Part shown: positions 26,949 through 40,730 of the stretch, piece by piece
Position numbering within the stretch: the first letter of the stretch is position 1
How the letters are laid out: each line of letters opens with the position of its first letter
NCBI RefSeq assembly: GCF_009914755.1
Contig: NC_060944.1
Length of the DNA: 64,000 bases
Direction: 5' to 3' (one strand)
DNA from: the human T2T-CHM13v2.0 reference genome, Homo sapiens
Translations under genes and position numbers: made by a program
Notes under the pieces: generated by a model
Database searches by the model: none
Seen by the model: only the letters and a program-made list of their open reading frames with translations
What the model was told of the DNA's origin: nothing

Positions 26949-27133
26949 AAAAACAGCCTGGTTTTCTAAGAAATGATTGTTAATCTTGCATATCAACTTT
27001 GGAGAAACGACGTCCCATTCTTCAGCCTCAAAGGTAGGAGAGTAATCACATGTCTTCAGAATGCTGTGAAAGGGAAACCACTGGGCAGCTAGAAACCACA
27101 TGGTGGGTAGGTTGAGTGTACAGGCCCTTTTTT

Positions 27134-27655
27134 ATACCTGTGCTCATTGTGGCACTAGTCACAATAACCAAAAGGTGAAAGCAAACCCGATGCCCATCCA
27201 CAGATGAACAGATAAGTAAAATGTGGCGTATACACAGAATGGAATATTATTCAGCCTAAAAAAAGGAGAAAATTCTTACGCATGCTACTACATGGATAAA
27301 ACTTAAGGTCAAAATGCTAGGTGAAATTAGACAGTCACAAAAGTATCCATACCAAATGATTCCACTTACATGAGGTTCCTAGAGTAGTCAAGTTCATAGA
27401 GACAGAAACTAGAAAGGTAATTGCCAGGAGTTGGTGGGGAAGGAGAATAAAGAGTTTTTGTTTAACAGGTACAATGCTTTAGTTTTGCAAGATGAAAAGA
27501 GTTCTGAAGATGGATGGTGGTGATGGCCGCACAACAGTGTGAATGCCCTTAATGCCACTGAACTGTATACTTAGAAATGGTTACGATGGCAAAGTTTATT
27601 TTATATGGTCAAGATGACAAATTTTATGTTATGTGTATTTTACCACAATTTTTTA
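27134..27655 (+). mobile_element. L1MB (MB3-like) 3' end
   Basis: AAAATGTGG..ATGGAATATTATTCAGCC..GATGGATGGTGGTGATGG..AATGCCACTGAACTGTATACTT..TTTTACCACAAT. Confidence 0.85.
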
Positions 27656-27782
27656 AATGTTTTATTATTTTAAGTTTTGTGGTTTTGTTTTCTTTAATGC
27701 AAGCTCCGGAATCAGACACACCTAGGTTTGACTCCTGGTTCTACTTTTTCGCTTGTGATCTTGGACAAATTTCCTATCTGCT

Positions 27783-28290
27783 CTATCAGCCAGGATGCAG
27801 TCAGTCCAAAATATGGAAAGCACTCCAGACATCCCCAGCAGAAGGAAATTTAATTCAGAAAATTGGGTGCTTATAAAACGTTTGGAAGAGTTGGAGGAGA
27901 AAGGATCAGAGTCTGTCCCTAGTGTTCAGGTTTTCTGGCTGTGCTTCAGAAACTCAGCAATTTCCTCCTGACGCAGAAGTCAGGAGGTTCCAGGAAGCCA
28001 CTGCTGACCCTCACAGCTGCCATACTTTCAGGTCAGGGCAGGTGACAAGCAGGGCTCACAGCAGTTCACATGTCTGCCATCACTGCTTGAGGAGAAAGAA
28101 TGGCTTCTGGGCCCCTCTTCTTCCAAATCTTGCACAAGTCCATCTCACTGGCAAGAAAACTGATCACATCTAGAACTCTAGAGGCAAGGGAATCTCAGCA
28201 GAAGGTGGTTTCTGGGCTTCTGGTCACTGAGATTCAGGGCAGAGCATAGGAGATGAGAATAAAAAGCAGACCATCAAAAAATATGTCATG
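27783..28290 (-). mobile_element. Ancient MaLR/ERVL-type LTR inserted in a MIR
   Basis: TATCAGCCAGGATGCAGTCAG..GAAATTTAAT..GCAAGGGAATCT; MIR halves flank it at ~27700-27780 and ~28295-28400. Confidence 0.45.
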
Positions 28291-28731
28291 TATACCTCCC
28301 TGGCCCCAGGTTTTCTCATCTCTTCCATGAGGATATTAATAACCCTCATTTGGAGTGTTATTGGGATTAAATGAAATAATGCATGAAAAGAGCTTAGCAG
28401 AGTTCTCAGATATCCCTAAGTCTTTCCTGCCTCAGGTCTGTCCCATGTTATCCCCTCTACCAGGAACACTCTCCCTTCAATGCTGGCTACTTCTACTCAC
28501 ACTCCTTGTCTCAGGTGAGCTGTCATTTCCTTAGGGATTCCTTCTAAATTAAGGCTCACTTTGCATTGTCACTCTGTTACAGTATTTCAAAGAATCTTGT
28601 GCTTTTCCTTCATGGCACTTAGAACAATTTGCACTTATGTAATTTAAGATTATGTATTTAAGATCTGTTTTCTCTCAACTGTGAACTTCCCAAGGTCAGG
28701 GACATCAGGGACTCCTCCTTCCTATTCTTAG

Positions 28732-28836
28732 GTGGTCGCACCTGGCAGAAACAGCTTCAGTTCTGGATGACAGCCCTGCAAGGCCACTCAGCCCCAGCTC
28801 TCACCTCTGCAGCTGGAAAGACAGAGATCCAGCAAG
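28732..28836 (+). other. Candidate 105-nt internal exon (host transcript unknown)
   Basis: Acceptor CTCCTCCTTCCTATTCTTAG|G and donor AAG|GTGAGG; length divisible by 3; two of three frames open. Confidence 0.35.
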
Positions 28837-29884
28837 GTGAGGGACATATTTAGAGAACCATAGGCCTTGCATCACCCACATCATGTTCAGCCCTGGCCAG
28901 AGGACAGGGAGAGGCAGGGAGAGGACAGGAAGGTGAGTGGCTTCTTGCTGGCTGGCTCAGAGAGTCCTCCTGCTGGCTCCTGCCACAGTCCAGAGCAGGC
29001 AGAGATCCCTCACCAGCCTCTGGCTCTCTTCTACTGGGCTGCAGTGCCTGCACAGCAGGAATCCTAGCCTGGCCACGCTCTGGCCTGGACTGGTGGATTC
29101 AGAGCATTGGACTTCTCATGTGGGAATGACCACTTTCCAGTTTTTATGCCTGAAGAAGGGGCAGACACCACCAGACACTGACCCCACCCCACCCCTCATA
29201 ATCAGAAGGTGTGACTTGAGCTTCTCAAGGCCTCAGTTTTCTTATCTTTAAAATGGGAATCATAAAAGCCACTTGAAGTCAATGAGAGGAGCACCAGTCA
29301 GAAACACATGGCAGAGGGCTCAGGAAATGGTCCCCTCATCTCACATCATTCTCCTACCAACCCCATCCCCATGGGTTAATGCTCTCTCATCCCTCTTACC
29401 CCAAGAGCTTCCCCCTGGCGCCCATAGAGGCATTCAGGACCTCTCACCTCAGGAGGCAGCTGACCCTGGCCACCCACCCCCAGCCACCACACAGCTCCTG
29501 AGTGTCAGTCAACCTCAGCCTATTGATGGCTTCCTACAATGTCCCAGGCCTAGACCTATGAAGTATGACCCACACTTTCCTGTAGGCAACTCCCGGAGTC
29601 CAAGGAACTTCCCTATTCACAACTCAGAGCAGCTCCAGGACCAACCAAAGGGAGGAGTCTCTGTTTGATAGACAAGGCTACATCTCAGACACACTAAGAC
29701 ACATGCCTGAAGGGACTCAGCTGCGTAGTGGAGCCAGAACACCTGTTTTCTCTTCTTCTCAGCTGCCCTTCTACTCATGAGTCTCTGTGTAACCAGCATA
29801 TGATAGCATAGGGAGGGAGAGAGCAAGTCAGGGAACTGAGGAGCCTCCCAAAAGAAGCAACATGTATGAAATTATGTACTATTG

Positions 29885-30046
29885 CTTCCTTCCTCCCTCT
29901 GTCCCTCTCTCCCTTCCTTCTTTTCTTTCTTTCTTTCCTCTTTCCTTCCTTTCCTCCTCCCTTCCTTCCCCTTTTCCTTCCTTCCTTTCCCTTTTCCTCC
30001 CTTCCATTCTTTTTTTCTTCTTTCCGTACCTCCTTCCCTACTTCTC
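29885..30046. repeat. CT-rich (TTCC/TTTC)n polypyrimidine tract
   Basis: About 160 nt nearly all C/T. Confidence 0.93.
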
Positions 30047-32064
30047 AGTCTGATTGTCTGTGCCTCCCTCTGCCTACGGACCTGTAAGCCTGTCTCTCTC
30101 TGTCAGTCAGCATGTCCCTTTCCCTCCTGTGAGCTGGCTGATAGTCAGCCTCTGGCCCCTGGAAGCCATGTCAAATCCCAAGGAGGGGCAACGTCTGGTC
30201 CAGGCCATTATCTGGGTCATAAGAGGCCTTGCTCTCAGAAAATGATCATCCCATTTTGGAAGGAAACCAGGCTTTCACTTGTATCCAGGGCAAAACAGGC
30301 CAGAAGCCTGAGTCTAGAAGCACCCAAAACAGACACACACCTTCTGCCTAGGCTTCCAGGACCAATCAGTGTTGGCAAGACAAGTGGGATATCGGCAGGT
30401 CAGGTGTGACCATTCAGAACAGAGCTTCAGTGAGGTGTGGCTCAAGGAAAAGCAGAAGTGGGTGCTCAGACCAAATGGCATCACTAATGCCAATTAGGGA
30501 AATGGGCCCATTATCACTATGGAGTCATCACTATCACAGGCATGCACCCCTGGACACCCACCAGGATGCAACCATTAAATGCCCACCCCTCCCTGCTCCT
30601 CCTACTCTTCCCACACCCGCTGGGGATGAGGGCTGTTCCTCTGCCTGTACATTTACTCAGGTAGAGCTCTCTGAGACAGAGCTCTGTGCAACTTGGGAAA
30701 GGGCTGCCTTGAGAAGTGGTGTTCCCCATCTTGGGAGATATTCAAGAGAGGAATGAATTTGTAAGTCTGGGATAGAGAGGATTATCATTGAACAGTCTTT
30801 TTAAGCTAAGACTTAAGAATCCTCAAGAAGGACACTAATTTTTATTACATTATATAATCACAATTCCCACCTTAATGAAGTGGGCACCATGATTCAGACA
30901 GACTAAAAGGTATAGGGATTTGAGGCACAGGGTTTGAAGTCTCAAAGTCATATCATTGTGACTCCAAAGATGCTTGACTTTGTTCTTCCAAACTTCATTC
31001 AAAAGAGACATATGGCTGCTTGGAGTTTAAGAGCCCAAGCTCAGGATCCAGAAATATCTTGATTAGAATCTACCATTCATCACCTGTGTATCTTTGAATA
31101 AGTCATGTCACCCTGTCAGCCTCAGATTCCATATGGGGAAAAAAGCCTGTCTCATCATGGTGAAGAATACGTGAAATTATGACTATCTGGTCCTTAGCCA
31201 GCTTTTTGGCACTTAGCAACTGTTCAATAAATAGTTTGTTGTATTTGTGATACAATGGCAAATCCGAGAGTTTGGCCCCAGAGAGAAATCAAGAGTTAAC
31301 AATGGTGGGTGACATTCCCCATGGCCACATGACCCAGAAAATATGAGTCTTGGCTTAAGCCTAAGTAGGCATTGCCAGAGCCTCTGTTCCCACCCTGCTT
31401 TTCCATGACACAATGCACCTTCTCTGGTCTCAATCCCCAGTTTCTCCACTCTGCCCTGGGCCAGCAACCCAGGTCTCCCACTCTACTCTAGACTTGAAAT
31501 AAATCCTTTAACCATTAAGTACTTAACATCATGTTTTCTGCCTTCAGAAGTTTCTAAACAGTAATTAGGCAGTGGAACACCCTGCCAGGGTGGCTAGAGT
31601 AAATATCATTAGTGTGGGAGGGAGTATGGGGTAAGTGGATGAGCAGGGACTCCTAGCACATGGCAGGGACTGGCTGACATTGGAATGACCAAAGCCTGGT
31701 GGAGCAGCTCCATTGCCCAACCTCCACTGCTTCACCCTCCCTCTTGGGGGAACCTAGCTCTGAAGCTATAAGGACCGGTGATACTATGGAGAGAGCACTG
31801 GCTTTAGCATCAGAAAAACCTGACTTTAAAATCCATCCCTGCCATGGTGAATATGGACAAGGTATCTGACCACTCTATGCTCATTTCCTCACCTACAAAA
31901 TGGGGAATATCCTATCAACCTCTTAGTGTACTGGTAAGTATTGAACGAGATCATGCATGTGAAGTATAGAGCTACTACTCTAATGGGCCCATGGGGGCAT
32001 AGATTCAAAAGTCACAGTGTAAGGTGGCAATCATGTATACCCAAAATTCCCCTTTAAAAATCTC

Positions 32065-32450
32065 TGTATCAGTCAGGATGGGTTGGGTTATGCTGCTATG
32101 ACAAGCAGGCCCAAAGATTTCAGCTGAAACCATGAAGGTTTCTCTCTCATTCAGTGCTGCATGTTTCTCATGCAGGCAGGTAGAGAGACTCTGTTAGCTA
32201 CACTCACTCAGGATCCAGGGCCTACAAAGCAGCCATCAGTGGTCACCATGCCAGAAAGAAAGACAGCTCTGGAGATTCTTGCACTGGCAATTACAAACTT
32301 CAACCCTATAGTGGGGCATATCATTTCTGCTCACAACCTACTGGTTAGAACCTGATTAAAACCTGTCGCATGGCCCCACTTGAGCTAAAAGTTGTTCAGT
32401 CTTCTATGTCCACAGACAGAGAAAAGGACAGGGAGCTGGCGAGTATTATG
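32065..32450 (-). mobile_element. MLT1J/K-type MaLR LTR
   Basis: TGTATCAGTCAGGATGGGTTGGGTTATGCTGC..ACTCAGGATCCAGG..GCAGCCATC..TTTCTGCTCACA. Confidence 0.7.
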
Positions 32451-33494
32451 AATCACCATCCTAGGATCCCTATGGGAGACTCGCACACATTTCTCAATCT
32501 GTCCACAAGGCCAGATTGTCTCTCTAGCATTGGAACAAATCACCATTGCTTCCCTTAAGCACTTACAGAATAAAATAGATGTATGCTTCGGGCAATGTTG
32601 CATGGAAATATTAAAATCCTTAACCCCAGAATCACACCTGATGCTTCAAGGCACTCATACATAAAGAGGCACGTGAATGCCCAGTTGGAAGATTCACTTT
32701 CCCCACACCACATGCTCTCTCTGTGCCTACCCTCACTGAATAGAATAATGGTCAGAATTATCTCTGTATTTACATTTTTGTTTCCTCTCTTTCTTTTTGT
32801 TTCAAAGCTGAAATGTGTAAGTTGAATGCCTGTAAGATAGAAAGCCCTATACTAATACAACTTTCTGGGATTCAGCTGCCCCTCATGGCAGAAAGAAAAG
32901 AGTTCCCTAAGGCTGTCCTCATTAAGTCCCCAGCCTGAGACCCATCCTTCTAAGGCCTCTAATGTCTCTCCTTCAGCACCTATGACACGCCTCATTCCTT
33001 CTCTCCTGTTCTTTTCCTTCTACAACACAACTGCTTCAGAGAAATTTAGTCCCAGCTTCATCAAAGTCCATAATAAACACTTAATGAACCAGCCTCCTGG
33101 TGAGAGGACCATTTGGCTAGTCACCCAGCTGACAGGACAGAAGATAGGCTTGATGCTCAGAGACTCAAACTTTCTGTGGCATCCCTTAGAATCCAACTTC
33201 CCAGGCCCCTGGTCAGCTAAAGTGCTGTGTGTTTCAGAACCTTGGTTCTGAAGGTCCTTTGGAGCCAGGAGCCAGAACCCAGCTTGAGGTGGAGTAAGTT
33301 TCAGGTAGCTTGAAGCAGGCCAAGTTTCTGGCTGTAAGGTAGTACAAGTCATATTTTACAAATAGTGACATATGTAGTGTGTGTGTGCCTCAATGTCCTT
33401 ATCTACAAAATAATCATAACAGGTACCAGACACAGTTGCTTATCCCCCTAAGCAATGACTTGAGTCTTACATTGGAAGTCAAAATTCAATGGAA

Positions 33495-33700
33495 GAAAGT
33501 AAACATTTATTGAGCACCTACTATGTGCCAAGCACATGACATGGGGTTTGTATGTGTTACTTCATAATTTTCACAACTTTCAAAGGAAGGCACTCTTTTC
33601 CATTTTACGGATGAAGAATCTAAAGCTCTGAGAGGTGCAGTGACTCATTAAGGCCAGTGGTATTTGGAGTTGAGTCCTGGTTTCCTGCCTCAAAAGGCCA
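33495..33700 (-). mobile_element. MIR SINE
   Basis: CATTTATTGAGCACCTACTATGTGCCAAGC..CCATTTTACGGATGAAGAA. Confidence 0.75.
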
Positions 33701-36700
33701 TATGTCCTCCTCTCTGTGCTCTTGAATGCACCCTGGGAAAGAAGTTATTATTGCCTCCACCTAGATTTCAAGCCAAGCAGGCAGGAACAATGGATTGAGA
33801 AAGAGGGCAGTGCTCCCAGGTTGGTCTTTGGCGATCAGAGTCTATGTGGGAAGTAGCCAGGAAAGCTGGGAAAGTGGATAAGCCTCACCCAGTTGCTTGT
33901 TCTGAGTCCATTGGTCTATGTCTTCAGAAAAAGGCTTCCAAGCCTGGACTTGTAATTAATTACAGGTGCAATTAACCTACTGCGCACATAGATTGGGTGC
34001 CAAGGCATTGAGTATCCATGTGTTCTGTGCCTGATGCCTTCTTTCATGACCACCTTGACAAATGAGTGGACGCTGGTCAACAGGCAAAGCTATTTCCCCT
34101 GCCTGTTCCACCCTGAAATAGCTTGGGCATTCATCCCTTCTTCCCTGTCTCCCTGTTCACAACAATTCAGGTCTCACGTGCACAGGCTTTTGCAACAGTT
34201 TCCTGACTGATTTTCGGGCTACAAGCCTCTCTCTCCGTCCCACCCAATTTTCCCACAGGCCATCTGAGCCATCTTCTTAAAATGCAAACCTGATCCCATC
34301 TTATCCAAATTAAAAACAAGCAAAAAAAAAATCCTCCGTAGATTCCATGACTCTCGGGATCAAGTCCAGATTCCTACACATTGGCCTCAAGGCCACTCAC
34401 ACTCCAGTGGCTTTTAAGTTCTCCAATCTTATCTCCCTGCTTTCTTCTTCATGCACATCCCCAGCTCTGTTCACATCTAATTGCCCTCTCATGTCTTCTT
34501 TTTTGCCTCCATACCTTTGACAAGGTCCTCTTTACCAGGATGGCCCTTCTCCCACTTCTTGTCTTAGAGAAACCCCATTTAACATTAACAAGAAAAAGAA
34601 TTACTAAAATGTGAGCATTCAGGATCTTCCTTCCCTCCCCACTCCACTTCCTTAGGAGGCAGAACCAGGGCTCCAGTCTTCATAAAGATACCATAGAATG
34701 CAGAGACTGAGTCCCCTATTTAACAAAGAGCTGAGACATAGGTAATATGGGGAAGATATATTTTTTAAAATACAAGAGAGCTGAGCATCAGAGAGTCTTG
34801 TGGCATTAATAGTTGAGATTGGAAAATAGGAGGAACTTCAGGCGCTCCCACCTAGAGGATACTGAGTGAGGGAGCTATAAGAAGACAGTATTTATAAGAG
34901 TAGCCCGTCCCCATTTAACACTTCCTTCAGAAACTGAATCAAAGCTTGAATCACTTCCAACAATCACATTTGCCTCTTTTTACTATCTCTTCGGCTACAC
35001 CGAAATCAGACTGAGCCACATGGGATATGTCAAGAATTATTTAGGTTACACATTCTTTAGAGTTTAAATTGAAGCTCTTAAAGCTTGCCTGACCACCTTC
35101 CCTGACCCAGCAGAATTAGTCACTCCTCTCTGTAGCCAGAGCACTTCATACAGACCTTTGTTTTAAGTCTTAACATTGGGATATTTTATTTGACTATATA
35201 TTTTCTCTGTCATCAGTCCTTGAGATCCTGAGAGATCAGGGATAGCTATGTCTTCACCGTCTCTCAATGTCCAGTTTCCAGAACAAGTCTTGACATAGAA
35301 AAAGTAGCAATTGATTCTTGTTGAATATGCGACTAAAGAGTAAGCTATCTTGTGAAGTCTTCACCAAGCTGACCCAGCACCTGGGTCTCACTCTGGTCAG
35401 ACCAGGACAGGAGACTCCACTACAGAGAGGTCAGCCTCACTCCTAGATGCCACTGCTTTCAGTTTTGGTCCTGACCACTTCCAGTTGAGATGGAAAACAG
35501 AAATTTGTTTGTTTTAAAGTGTCTGAATATTTAGAACCACAAAGAGGAGTTGTCCAGTTTGATTCTAAAAATGTGCCTTGTGCCTCTTCTTCTTCTCATT
35601 GCCCAGGTTCAACCAGGCCTAGCAAAAATTTGCTCAACCTTCACCTTGCCTGGGAAATGGAATTTTAGTAGGGACTTTGCCACATTCATGCATGCAGGCA
35701 ACTGTGCGAGGTCTACAAAGAAAATAACTTCCAATACCAAGCACCCTTCTAGCAGTCACACTTCATGCTATCCCTAAGTTTGGGAAGATTTTATCTTATG
35801 AATCTGTCTTCTCCCACATGGGCCTCTGGCTTTGTCCAAGTGTTGGAAAGACCACAAAAACACACTTCCCCTTCCTTTGCTGAATTGAGGGGCTGGTCCC
35901 TGGGATAGTGCGTGAAGCCCAAGGTGGCAGCACAAAGAGCTGGAAATCAGGCAATTTCTTTCATCCCTCAATCCTCAGAGGAATAGACCTCAGCTCCCTC
36001 TTCAACCTCAAATGATGCCAAATAAAAAGGAAAAGTTGGAAACGTACCCACAGGAGAACTCACTCCATAGACAGTATGAGCCTCCTAGAGAAATAGATGC
36101 CCAGGAAGTTTGAATGAATGCAGTGAGATTGTGCATTCCTGAAGGAAAGAGACAACAAAATCACCACCAAAGGGAGGAGATGGAAATGGCCCTCCCTTTT
36201 TCTATGCCAGTCTTTCCTTCAGAGTGTCTACTTTTCCAGGGTCTCTCCTTCTACCTTATGAGAACTTGTGTATACCCTGGAGGAAGAGAACAGAAGGGAA
36301 GCTTGAGGCTGTTCCTTGGTTACACTCAGATTGCACTCAACTAGCCCAAGTAGGACTAGTTGAAGCCCAGAATTCGCTGTGTTCATGCGCCAGACAACTA
36401 TGAGGTTTTGACCCCAAATTGGACTTCAGCACTTGATAGTCAAGTGACTGTAGGCATTACTCCACCTCCCAGAGCCACAGCTTCTTTAAAATATCTATTT
36501 CAATGGCTTGCTCTGGGAGGGATGTGATGAGATCATACATCCAAAATGCCTGGCAGATAGTGAGACCTTGGTAATTGTTAGTTGTTGTTGTTGTTGTTAC
36601 TATTACTATTAAAAACACAAGCATGCTTCATTAGGGAGACTCTGCACCACACCATTCATATAAGGGCTAGATGCCCTTATATGAATCTTCATAGCACCAT

Positions 36701-37441
36701 GAACATCCTCCTTTGTAGCTTTCCCCACACCTGTAATTCCTGCTCAGGATCTGTTGTCCCATGAGTGGCTCATAGACCACATTCATCTTGTTCCCCACCA
36801 TCTCGAGTGTCTAGAATCACAGTAAATGCTCAAAAAGTATTTTCAATTTAATTTATTCCCATTCTACCCATTCCCACCTCAGCTTCTCTTCTCTGAAGTT
36901 TTTTACCTCCCTACCCCTGTCCCTCTTGGAGTGTCCAGATAATCCTTCCATCTTGTTCATCTCTACCACCTCCCCTGCAGTGGACCCATAGTCCAATCCA
37001 GAGCTCTGCTCAATGTCCTTGGAGTCTGAGAGGGAAATAACACAGACTCTGCACTGTGCCCTGAAATATTCAGAAGAAAAGCATTGTCTTTCTAATTGCC
37101 AGGGGATTTTTGTACTGGATTCTAAGACTTCTGGAATTTTTTGCCCTCGGATTTGGATACTATCAAACAATAAAGGTGCAATTTTTTGTTAAAGTTTATT
37201 GATGGAATTATAAATTTATATCAACGCAGTACATGTGTAAACTTGAGAATCTGGAGTGCTTCTACTTGCCATGCTCTGTGCATTGTCTTATTTACTCTTG
37301 ACATTGGTTCTGTGTTGAGGTCAACATTATTGTTTTGTCTATTTTACAGCTGAAACTCAGAGACGTTAAGTCATTTGCCCAAAGATACCCAGTTTGTAAA
37401 TGGCAGTCCTGGGATTGGAAGAGACTCTGAATCCACGTGCC

Positions 37442-37662
37442 TTTTTTTTTTTTTTTTAAGACAGAGTCTCACTCTATTGCCCAGGCTTGAGTGCAGTGGC
37501 ATGATCGCAGTTCACTGCAGCCTCCACCTCCTATGTCGCAGCCTCCACCTCCTATGTCTCAGCCTCCAAAGTAGCTGGGACCACAGGCGTGCACCACCAC
37601 AACTGACTAATTTCTGTATTTTTAGTGGAGATAGGGTTTGGTTTCACCATGTTGGCCAGGCT
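37442..37662 (-). mobile_element. AluJ, partial, with an internal 21-bp tandem duplication
   Basis: Poly-T then ACAGAGTCTCACTCTATTGCCCAGGC..; GCAGCCTCCACCTCCTATGTC x2 at 37517-37558; stops at GGCCAGGCT. Confidence 0.88.
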
Positions 37663-37711
37663 AATTGCTTTTCTTTTCCTTTAAAGAGACAGTTGCTTTT
37701 TTAAAAAAAAA

Positions 37712-38352
37712 TCTTATTTTAGGTTCAGGGGTACATGGGCAGGTTTGTTATGTAGGTAAACTTGGATCACAGGAGTCTGATGTACAGAGATTATTTCATC
37801 ACCCAGGTATTAAGCCCAGTACCCAATAGTTATTTTTCCTGCTCCTCTTCCTCCTCCCACACTCCACCCTCAGGCAGGCTCCAGGGCCTGTTGTTCTCCT
37901 CTTTGTATCCATGTGTTCTCATCATTCGGTTCTCACTTACAAGTGAGAACATGAAGCATTTGGTCTTCTTTCCTGCATTAGTTTGCTAAGGATAAAGGCC
38001 TTCAGCTCCATTCATGTTCCCTCAAAGGACATGATATCATTCTTTTTTATGACTGTGTAGAATTCCATGGTATATACATATCACATTTTCTTTATCCAGT
38101 TTTCTAATGATAAGCATTTATGTTGATTCCATGCCTTTGCTATTGTGAAAATTGCTGCAATGAACATACATGTGCATGTGTCTTTATGGTAGAACAATTT
38201 GTATTCCTTTGGGTACATACCCAGTAATGGGATTGTTGGGTTGAATGGTAGTTTGGGTTTTAGCTCTTTAAGGAATTGCCACACTGCTTTCCACAATGGT
38301 TGAACTAATTTACACTCCCACCAACAGTGTATAAGAGGTTTTTTTTTTCTCC
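37712..38352 (-). mobile_element. L1PA13-16-like 3' end
   Basis: GATTATTTCATCACCCAGGTATTAAGCCCAGTACCCAATAG 3'UTR; peptide HCWWECKLVQPLWKAVWQFLKEL.. is L1 ORF2. Confidence 0.9.
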
Positions 38353-40307
38353 ATTGATCCACACTCTTAATTCCATGCTGTACTGTCCCCAAGGATAAAT
38401 GAGTCAATGTGTATCCCAAAAAAAAAAAAGAGGAATTGGCCCTAACCACATACCCCATCCCTCCTGACCAAAGGAAGTTGAGAGGTGGGCCCGTTGTCTC
38501 TCTGCCAATCCTGAATCTGAAGAAGGCTGAACTCTTCCAGAGTGTGCTTGTCGAAGTCTACACTCACACATGTCAACAGATGACCTGAGTGAGTTAGGGT
38601 TTAGAAGCCAGAGATATCTTGGGCCTTTCTTCTTCAGACCCCTAGGTGGCTGTTGGGAGAAGGAGCAGGGCTAGAGTCAGGTGGACTTCTCAAAAAGCTT
38701 GGATACACAGAGGGGAAGTAAGTATAGTGATGAGATCTGTGTAACACTGGCCAACGCAAGGTGGGAAGAAAGGAGCAGGCATACTACCCAGTCCTCCCAA
38801 CAACCGTGAGCCAAGTGTCATTATCCCCATTTTAAAGATGAAGAAACTGAAGCTCAGGAAGTTGAAGTCACTTGCCCAGGGCAGTTACAGCTCCCTGCAC
38901 ATGGATTGAGATGTACTGGAAGGAATGCATCTGGGTAGGCGGGTAGCTGAGCTCACTGACAGGCACCCACCTTCCTAACTTGGCCCCAGCCCTGTAAGGC
39001 GCAGGGTGATTTTTGTAAACCCAGCTGGTGCAATATTATCTGACTTAGTCTGGTGATATCAAGTGCCAAGCTGAACAACTCAAAAACCCCTCCATCTCTT
39101 AATGGAATCTCCTTATTCTGAAATAGCATATTCTACAATGACAGCAAGGTGGGGAAAGAGGACATGCACATGGACAGAAGCCTATCTGGCTGGTAGCCCC
39201 CATCTTGAACATCCCAACGTCGAGATTGGTTTTTACCTGCATCAGTGGAGAAGGGGGAGCCAGGTGTGTCCTGGGGGCTCCACCTTGAGATCAGACAGAA
39301 GCCAAACACACTCTCACAACTGAACTCTCCCTTCACCGGCCCTCAACCACCCCCCTGACTAGGCCACCTTCCCCTGCTCCACTATTCACTTCTGTTTTTC
39401 TCCCTCTCCCCAGTTCTCTCCTTCTTTCATTCTTGGAGCAAGCAGCATCTGATTATTTACAAATATATTTGAGTATTTAGTATATGCACAAGACTGAGAA
39501 CATGAACTAGTGGTCTGACTACCATATCTGGACCATAGAGATGTTTTATTTACAACACATAGAGTGTTTTAAGAAATCTTGATGTTTTTTCAACATGAAG
39601 TATTGTAGGATTTTGTGTACAAAGTCAGATTTCTGCCTTCTCTTGAATGATTGAAAAGTTGGAAGTTCTCAGATGAACTTTTCACACAGCAGCAATTGGC
39701 TGAGGTTGAATTATATGTGGGTCAGAATATTTTCCCTGCATCCTTTTTATCCCCCAAAATTAACCTTCTTCACTCATTTGGCTACTGGGTATGTTTAAGA
39801 CTAAGTTGAGTTTAAGACTCTCATCTCAAAAATTCCCACTATGCAGGTGAGAAAACTGAGACATCAAGAACTTGGCAACTTGCAAGGTCACTAGTGGGTG
39901 GCATCCCCTGGGTCTTCCTGATAACTGCCCTTCTGCAATGCCTGTGAAAGTAAAGGCATCTTCCTTAACAGGCCTGTTCTCTGCCTCCCATGATCTTCAC
40001 CTGCCAAGCCTGGAGGCCAGGAGGAGCTAGAGAAGACCCAGGATGACGCAGGCAAAAGACAAACTCAGATGCATGGATATCTGGCCTTCATCACAAATCA
40101 GGCCTCCTCCCCTGCTGATGGCTTGCAGGGGTGGAGCTGCCGCCAGGCAGGTGAGAACAGCTCTAAGCATGGCACTGTCCTTACATGCCCTGGAAGGGCC
40201 AGGCCTTCCAGGCAGTGGAGCCCCTAAACTGGTAGCACAGACTCCTCTACCCAAGATTTACTCACAGCCCTACTCCTCAAGGGTGAGAGTCTCCCACGCT
40301 GGAGGTG

Positions 40308-40730
40308 CACACACAGAAAAACCCCACACATACACACACACCCATACAGAAAAACCCCATACAGACACACACACACAAACATACAAACACACATACATAT
40401 ACACACGCACACATATATACATGTATGTGTATATACACATACAAACATGCATACACATATATACATGTATGTGTATATACACATATGCACAAAAAATACA
40501 TATGCATGTACACATATAATATACACACACATACAATTAACACAGATACACACATCGATATGCATACACACATGCATGCATATGTGAACACATATATACC
40601 TACAGACACTTATACACACAAACACACACATACATACAACATATACACACAGGCATCCACATAAACATAACCACATATGCATATACATATACATGCACAC
40701 AACATGGACTCACATACACATATACACACA
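40308..40730. repeat. Degenerate (CA/TA)n simple repeat
   Basis: About 420 nt of CACA/TACA/TATA units. Confidence 0.95.

Noticed and set aside
39510-39825. Possible hAT MITE (MER102/MER45-like)
   Set aside because: Termini too degenerate to support a call by eye.
40043-40700. Several 90-160 aa His/Thr/Tyr- or Cys/Val-rich ORFs
   Set aside because: They are translations of the CA/TA simple repeat.
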